Part shown: one piece after another, positions 33,419 to 38,094 of the stretch
Position numbering within the stretch: position 1 is the first letter of the stretch
How the letters are laid out: every line of letters starts with the position of its first letter
IMG/VR virus record: IMGVR_UViG_3300016654_000302
Span: 1 to 38,094 of that record
Source: a virus
Taxonomy: Duplodnaviria; Caudoviricetes
Length of the DNA stretch: 38,094 nucleotides
Strand: one strand, 5' to 3'
The notes under the pieces: model-generated
What the model was told of the DNA's origin: nothing
Databases searched by the model: none
The model's input: only the letters and a program-made list of their open reading frames with translations
Position numbers and translations under genes: made by a program

Positions 33419-35202
33419 CCGACATCAACCTCTCGGCCGCGCTGGCGGCCCTCGGCTTGTACGACCGCACGAGCGGCCGCTGGCTGTTCGGAAAGCGCGT
33501 CCGCTCCGGTCTGATGGCCCCGAACCTCGGAATGAGCTGGGCCGTCACCGACGACGGCCTCTTCTACGCCAAGCATGCCATGCGCGTCGGAACGGCCAAC
33601 GGCCTGACCTTCAGCCGACGTGCGGACGGCTTCTATGAGTTCAGCCTGGGCGCGGTCGAGAACGTGCTGCCGCTGGGTAGTGAGGGGGCGAACATCGACA
33701 CGCGGTCGACGCTCTACATGGGCGGTCAGCGCGTCGTCTGGGGGCGTCGCGCCCCCAACGGAGGCATGGGGCTTGCCCTGACCGAGGACGGCTATCTGCG
33801 GGCCAAGCTCGGCATCCTTCAGGGGGTTTCGAACGGCCTGACGGTGACGCGGGGCAGTGACGGGTTCATCCGCTTGGCGCTGGGCGTCACCGAAGGCGTC
33901 ATGCCCCTCGGGTCCGAGGGGGGAAACATCGACACTCGCGGGACCTATTACGTCGGCGGAAAGAAGATCACTTGGGCGCGTCGGGCGCCCAACGGCGCGA
34001 TCTCGATCGCCGGGCTTGAGGACGGCTCCACCTACATCCCGAACCTGAAGACGGACAGCAACTCGTTGGCCACCGCTGACGCGCCCCTGGACACCGCCAA
34101 CTACCTCTTCTCGTCGGCGACGGTCGCCAACCGCAGCCAGCTCTTCCGGACGTCGAAATCCACCGGCGTCACCGCCCAGATCACGACGACCGGGAACAAC
34201 GTCAACCCGGCCCTGAGCGCGGACGGATCGAAGGTCATCTATTCCAGCGATCGTCAGGGCTCGGGCCGCCGGGACCTCTATTTCCAGCCGATCGGCGGCG
34301 GAGCCGAACATCCCGTGATCTCGTCGCCTATGCTGGTCTGCATCGGCGACAGTCTGACGGCCGCCCGCTATCCGGCCGACCTCGCCACGCTCATGGGCCG
34401 CAGCGCTGTCAACCTCGGCATCGGGTCGCAGAAATCGACCCAGATCGCCATGCGCCTCGGCGCACAGCCGCTAGCCCTGACAGTCTCGGGCAACCAGATC
34501 GCCGCCGGCGCCAATACCGTCACCCACATCAACGGCGTAGCACTGGCCGGGATGGCGACGGGGCAGGACCCGGATTACCGCCTTCTCTCGGCCGCCGCCG
34601 ACAACGCGGCGCGCTCAATGAAGCTCACGATCGTCGGTCAGGTCTGCACCCTCGCGCGCACTGCGACGGGAGGCCCGCCGTCAACGGCCGAGGCCTATAC
34701 GCTGACGCCCGACGTTGCCCCCGGTTCGCCCATCGCCTGTCCGGCCGGGTCGGCCGCCGTCATCGAAAACCTGGGCTATGAAGACCTGACCGCCATCATC
34801 TGGCCGGGACGGAACAACTACGGCCAGTCCGCGACGGTGAAGGCCGACATCGCCGCCCTCGTCGCCCTGCTGAAGCCCATGGTGAAGCGATACGTCGTCC
34901 TGTCGGTCCTGAACGGCGACTACGCCAGCGAATATTCCGGGCAATCGGGCTGGACCACCATCACCCAGCTGAACGCCGACTTGGCCGCTCTCTACCCGAA
35001 CAACTACCTCGACGTTCGATCCAAGCTCGTCGCCCTGGGCGCGCCGACCGGTCCGTTCCCCGACGCCACCAACTACGCCCGCGACGTGCCCCCGGCCGGG
35101 GTCCGCGCGGACAACATCCATCTGACCACCACGGCCGTGACGGGGGGCTACGCCCGCCTCGCGCAGTGGGTCGCCGATTTCCTCAACGCCAAAGGCTGGT
35201 AA
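33415..35202 (+). CDS. Multidomain SGNH/GDSL esterase (N-terminal 78-aa repeats, TolB/PD40-like repeat, SGNH domain)
   Basis: ATG at 33415 (ATGA coupling to gpD); GDSLT, NLGIGSQ, GRNN, DNIH blocks; NPALSADGSKVIYSSDR. Confidence 0.8.
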   Translation: MTDINLSAALAALGLYDRTSGRWLFGKRVRSGLMAPNLGMSWAVTDDGLFYAKHAMRVGTANGLTFSRRADGFYEFSLGAVENVLPLGSEGANIDTRSTLYMGGQRVVWGRRAPNGGMGLALTEDGYLRAKLGILQGVSNGLTVTRGSDGFIRLALGVTEGVMPLGSEGGNIDTRGTYYVGGKKITWARRAPNGAISIAGLEDGSTYIPNLKTDSNSLATADAPLDTANYLFSSATVANRSQLFRTSKSTGVTAQITTTGNNVNPALSADGSKVIYSSDRQGSGRRDLYFQPIGGGAEHPVISSPMLVCIGDSLTAARYPADLATLMGRSAVNLGIGSQKSTQIAMRLGAQPLALTVSGNQIAAGANTVTHINGVALAGMATGQDPDYRLLSAAADNAARSMKLTIVGQVCTLARTATGGPPSTAEAYTLTPDVAPGSPIACPAGSAAVIENLGYEDLTAIIWPGRNNYGQSATVKADIAALVALLKPMVKRYVVLSVLNGDYASEYSGQSGWTTITQLNADLAALYPNNYLDVRSKLVALGAPTGPFPDATNYARDVPPAGVRADNIHLTTTAVTGGYARLAQWVADFLNAKGW

Positions 35203-35207
35203 CCCTC

Positions 35208-36026
35208 ATGCCCACTTCTCAAATCTTCAACGAAGTCGCCAACTACACGGACGCGGCCCTGCCCAAGGCCTTCCGCGATCCGGTCTTGGTCAGCGGCTCG
35301 GAATTCCTCTTCGACTTCGGTGACGCGTACTGTCTGAACGGCAAGGTCGCCGGGGCGCTGGCCAACGGCGCCGTCTTCAAGAACCTCGTCGACGGCGCGC
35401 CGGACGCCGTGCTCGTTCTCTCCGCTGGGGACATCCCCTCGATCGGCGCGGGCAGCGTTGGCTATGATCTCGAAGCCAACGGCGGCGTGGGCGGAGGCAT
35501 CAGCTACCTCGGCCTCGGCGACAACTATGACCATGCGGTCGATGCCCATGCCTTCTACCGCTCGATCACCTTCCGCATTCCAGCGGCGGGCTACTCGACG
35601 GGGGCCTACACGTCCCTGTTCGGCCAGACGAACACGAACAACAACCTCGCCCAGTTCATCTTCGACACCGGCGCGGCGGGCCTGAACGCGCGGGGGTGCA
35701 TCGGCTGGACCTCTGGCGGAGCGGGGTCGCAGGATTCCGGGAACGCCATTGTGCTGACGCCGGGCACAGTGGTGACGGTCGGACTGGCGTGGTCGACCAC
35801 CGGCGGTCTGGGCACCCTCACGGCCTTCAAGGATGGCGCCCAGGTCGCGCAGGCGACGGACGCCAAGATCGCGACGCTGAACAACCCGACCGCGCCGATC
35901 CAGCTGTTCCATAAGGCCAAGCACAAGACGTGGCGGCTCTTCGGCGAGGACCTGACCGTCTCCGGCCGGACGGCTGCGGCGGCCGCCCTGGCCGACTATC
36001 AGGCTCGGGTGGCGCGGGGCTACTAA
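35208..36026 (+). CDS. Beta-sandwich protein, possibly concanavalin/LamG-like
   Basis: Gly/Thr/Ala/aromatic-rich beta composition; LFDF, VTVGLAW...LTAFKDGAQV; last phage gene. Confidence 0.6.
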   Translation: MPTSQIFNEVANYTDAALPKAFRDPVLVSGSEFLFDFGDAYCLNGKVAGALANGAVFKNLVDGAPDAVLVLSAGDIPSIGAGSVGYDLEANGGVGGGISYLGLGDNYDHAVDAHAFYRSITFRIPAAGYSTGAYTSLFGQTNTNNNLAQFIFDTGAAGLNARGCIGWTSGGAGSQDSGNAIVLTPGTVVTVGLAWSTTGGLGTLTAFKDGAQVAQATDAKIATLNNPTAPIQLFHKAKHKTWRLFGEDLTVSGRTAAAAALADYQARVARGY

Positions 36027-36034
36027 CCGGCCTT

Positions 36035-36072
36035 AGGGAGGCTTAAGGTCGGCCTCAGGCCTCCCTCATTTT
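36035..36072 (+). terminator. Putative terminator of the late operon
   Basis: AGGGAGGCTTAAGG-TCGG-CCTCAGGCCTCCCT stem followed by CATTTT. Confidence 0.55.
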
Positions 36073-36120
36073 GCTACAAAACCAAGTGTCCCGATTTCTA
36101 AAAGCAAATGGCGCGCTACA
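36071..36120. mobile_element. Prophage right end (attR) with two transposase-binding repeats
   Basis: AAAACCAAGTG (36078-88) and AAAAGCAAATG (36100-110), 9/11 identical, 22 bp apart; terminal CA at 36119-36120; AT-rich. Confidence 0.8.
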
Positions 36121-36258
36121 GAGAGGGAGGGGCCCGACGCGGAGCGGCGGGAGGGTGAGGGGTTATGCCCTCACCGGTAGGCGGCGAAACCCCTCACCCT
36201 TTCGCCTTGCCGATCGCTGCGCTCCCGGAGGCTCAAGCCCTCTCCCTGTGGGAGAGGG
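36121..36258. repeat. Host palindromic intergenic repeat (CIR/REP-like), left arm truncated by the prophage
   Basis: AGGGTGAGGGGTT (36152-64) / AACCCCTCACCCT (36188-200); terminal hairpin CCCTCTCCC-TGT-GGGAGAGGG (36238-58); left side retains only GAGAGGG. Confidence 0.78.
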
Positions 36259-36266
36259 AGAGCGAA

Positions 36267-37313
36267 CTACCCGGGGACGTGGCTCATGTCGCGGCGGGCC
36301 ATCATCTTGTCGAACTCGCCCCAGACGCCGTCGGCGCCGTGCCAGGAGCCTTGCGTGGCGGCCTTGGAGTATTCGGTGGCGCGGGCTTCGAAGAAGTTGG
36401 CGTGCTCGACGCCCGACAGCAGGGACTGCAGCCAGGGCAGGGGGTTTTCCTTGATGCCGTAGAGCTCGGGCAGCTTCAGCTGACGCAGGCGCCAGTCGGC
36501 GATGAAGCGGATGTACTGCTTGATGTCGTCCGGCGTCATGCCGTTCACGTCGCCGGCCTCGAAGGCCAGGTCGATGAACTTGTCTTCCAGACCGACCACG
36601 GTCTCGCAGCACTGGACGATGTCGTCGGCGACGGCCGGGGTGACGCAGCCCGTTTCCTTGTTGAAGGCGTGGTAGAGCTTGATGATGCCGTCGCAGTGCA
36701 GGCTTTCGTCGCGCACCGACCAGGACACGATCTGGCCCATGCCCTTCATCTTGTTCTGGCGCGGGAAGTTCATCAGCATCGCGAAGGACGCGAACAGCTG
36801 AAGTCCCTCGGTGAAGCCGCCGAACATGGCCAGGGTGCGGGCGATGTCCGCGTCGGTGTCCACCCCGAAACGGCCCATGTAGTCGTGCTTGTCCCGCATG
36901 GCCTCATATTCCATGAAGGCGCCGAACTCGCTCTCGGGCATGCCGATGGTTTCGAGCAGCAGGGCGTAGGCCGCGATGTGAATGGTCTCCATGTTCGCGA
37001 ACGAGGAGAGCATCATCTTGACCTCGGTCGGTTTGAACACCCGACCGTATTTTTCCATGTAGTTGTCCGCGACCTCGATGTCCGACTGGGTGAAGAAGCG
37101 GAAGATCTGCGTCAGCAGATTGCGCTCCTTGTCGTTCAGGTTGACGGCCCAGTCCTTCATGTCCTCGCCGAGGGGCACTTCCTCGGGCATCCAGTGGACC
37201 TGCTGCTGCTTCTTCCACATGTCGAACGCCCACGGATAGCGGAACGGCTTGTAGGCGGCCGAGGGGGTCAGCAGGCCGGGCGTACCCGGTTTGATGATGG
37301 CGTGGGCGTTCAT
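36267..37313 (-). CDS. nrdB: Ribonucleotide-diphosphate reductase class I beta subunit
   Basis: YKPFRYPWAF, FFTQSD, ETIHIAAY, EGLQLFASF, VRDESLH, NFFEARATEY; start MNAHAII at 37313. Confidence 0.96.
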   Translation of the reverse strand: MNAHAIIKPGTPGLLTPSAAYKPFRYPWAFDMWKKQQQVHWMPEEVPLGEDMKDWAVNLNDKERNLLTQIFRFFTQSDIEVADNYMEKYGRVFKPTEVKMMLSSFANMETIHIAAYALLLETIGMPESEFGAFMEYEAMRDKHDYMGRFGVDTDADIARTLAMFGGFTEGLQLFASFAMLMNFPRQNKMKGMGQIVSWSVRDESLHCDGIIKLYHAFNKETGCVTPAVADDIVQCCETVVGLEDKFIDLAFEAGDVNGMTPDDIKQYIRFIADWRLRQLKLPELYGIKENPLPWLQSLLSGVEHANFFEARATEYSKAATQGSWHGADGVWGEFDKMMARRDMSHVPG

Positions 37314-37389
37314 CGGGGAGGAGACTCTCGAACGATTCCGTGGACTGGGATTCACCATGCGGTCTGATCGAAACGGCGCCAAGACCAAA

Positions 37390-37436
37390 AGCGGCTATGT
37401 TGCGATCACTTTCGTCCTAGACGCTATATCTAGCGT
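37390..37436. promoter_or_regulatory. Tandem NrdR boxes upstream of nrdB
   Basis: ACGCTATATCTAGCGT (37421-36) fits the acaCwAtATaTwGtgt consensus; degenerate second box AGCGGCTATGTTGCGA (37390-405) 31 bp away. Confidence 0.75.
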
Positions 37437-37554
37437 GTTTATCCAAAGGTTAAGGCGATGAGCTGGGGATGGTTTCTGTCTGGCGGTGCCGCAGCAAGCT
37501 TGGCCGGAAACCTGAAAACGGGGCGCCAAACCGTGCCAAACCGTGCCAGAATCT

Positions 37555-38094
37555 TCAGAACGCATCCCCGGAGCCGGCCGCCCGGTCGCGCGCGTCATTA
37601 CGGTCCAGCCGGCGCAGATAGGCCGCGCGCAGCATCTCCAGATCGCTGAAATGCCGGGCCTCCTCGGAAATCCGGTCACCGCAATGATCGACGAGCCGGG
37701 CCAGCCGCATCCAGACCACCGCCTGCTGCGGCGCATCCGCAGCCGCCGCCTCGGCCGCCCGACAAAAAGCGAAGCGGCGCAGATGCATGGGTTCGGGATT
37801 GAACAGCAGGAAGAACTCGTCGGCCTCCCGCGCCGCCGTGACTTCATGGAGCTCGGGATTCTGCTCCAGGATATCGGCCTTCTCCCGGAGATGAGCGCTC
37901 CACGACGGGTCGAGCGCCCCGGCCCCCGCGTCCTCTCGCCGCCAGCCCTCGGCCGCCGCCCGGCGACGGACGGAGCGTTCGGAGACGGTGTAGCGCTCGG
38001 CGAGGACCGGCGCGGAGACGCCGGCGAGATAGTCGGCGCGGACGGCGGTCCAGACATCGGGGCCGTGACGAAGGGGTGTGGGGTTCTGGGTCAT
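37555..38094 (-). CDS. Host hypothetical protein with N-terminal HTH
   Basis: WTAVRADYLAGVSAPVLAERYTVSERSVRRRAAAEGW HTH-like; 179-aa intact ORF. Confidence 0.75.
   Translation of the reverse strand: MTQNPTPLRHGPDVWTAVRADYLAGVSAPVLAERYTVSERSVRRRAAAEGWRREDAGAGALDPSWSAHLREKADILEQNPELHEVTAAREADEFFLLFNPEPMHLRRFAFCRAAEAAAADAPQQAVVWMRLARLVDHCGDRISEEARHFSDLEMLRAAYLRRLDRNDARDRAAGSGDAF

Larger units (their letters stand above)
1..36120 (+). mobile_element. Mu-like transposable prophage (left end outside the window, right end at 36120)
   Basis: Repressor/ner/MuA/MuB/gam/gemA/Mor early region, Mu gp27-gp28-gp29-gpF-gpI-gpT head genes, contractile tail; ends in CA at 36120 after two 22-bp-spaced direct repeats, then host-type sequence. 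Confidence 0.95.

Noticed and set aside
33415-36120. Expected gin invertase, invertible G segment and com/mom
   Set aside because: No serine recombinase, mom-like ORF or inverted repeats flanking the fibre gene were found
37525-37549. GCCAAACCGT 10-bp tandem repeat, resembling a sigma54 TGGCAC site on the minus strand
   Set aside because: The -12 GC is not at the required spacing; only about 2.5 copies; no supportable function

Overview
Bases 1-36120 are most of a Mu-like (transposable) prophage in a high-GC alphaproteobacterium, probably Caulobacteraceae (inferred from the GcrA homologue, the CIR-type repeat and the flanking genes). The left end lies outside the window. Gene order: leftward repressor operon with two accessory genes; ner, ParB-like, CII-like, MuA, MuB, gam, an unusual semi-essential region (replisome-organiser/DnaA-domain-I mini-protein, GcrA homologue, Cys-rich protein, PAPS-reductase-like PP-loop enzyme), gemA and a Mor/C activator; lysis genes; Mu-type head genes with a long MuF carrying a BECR/PBECR-like C-terminal domain; an antisense moron; a P2-type contractile tail; and an SGNH-esterase plus lectin-like pair where Mu has gin/com/mom. 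The right end (...GCTACA, 36120) abuts a truncated palindromic intergenic repeat, followed by host nrdB with NrdR boxes and a hypothetical HTH gene. Best candidates for undescribed biology: (1) MuF-PBECR nuclease followed by a compact pseudoknot-capable RNA rather than an immunity gene, sharing a 13-bp inverted repeat with the start of the neighbouring moron; (2) a perfect 23-bp palindrome inside the ParB-like gene; (3) the DnaA-domain-I / GcrA / PP-loop early module; (4) insertion into a host palindromic repeat. All protein assignments come from motif recognition by eye; no database search was run.
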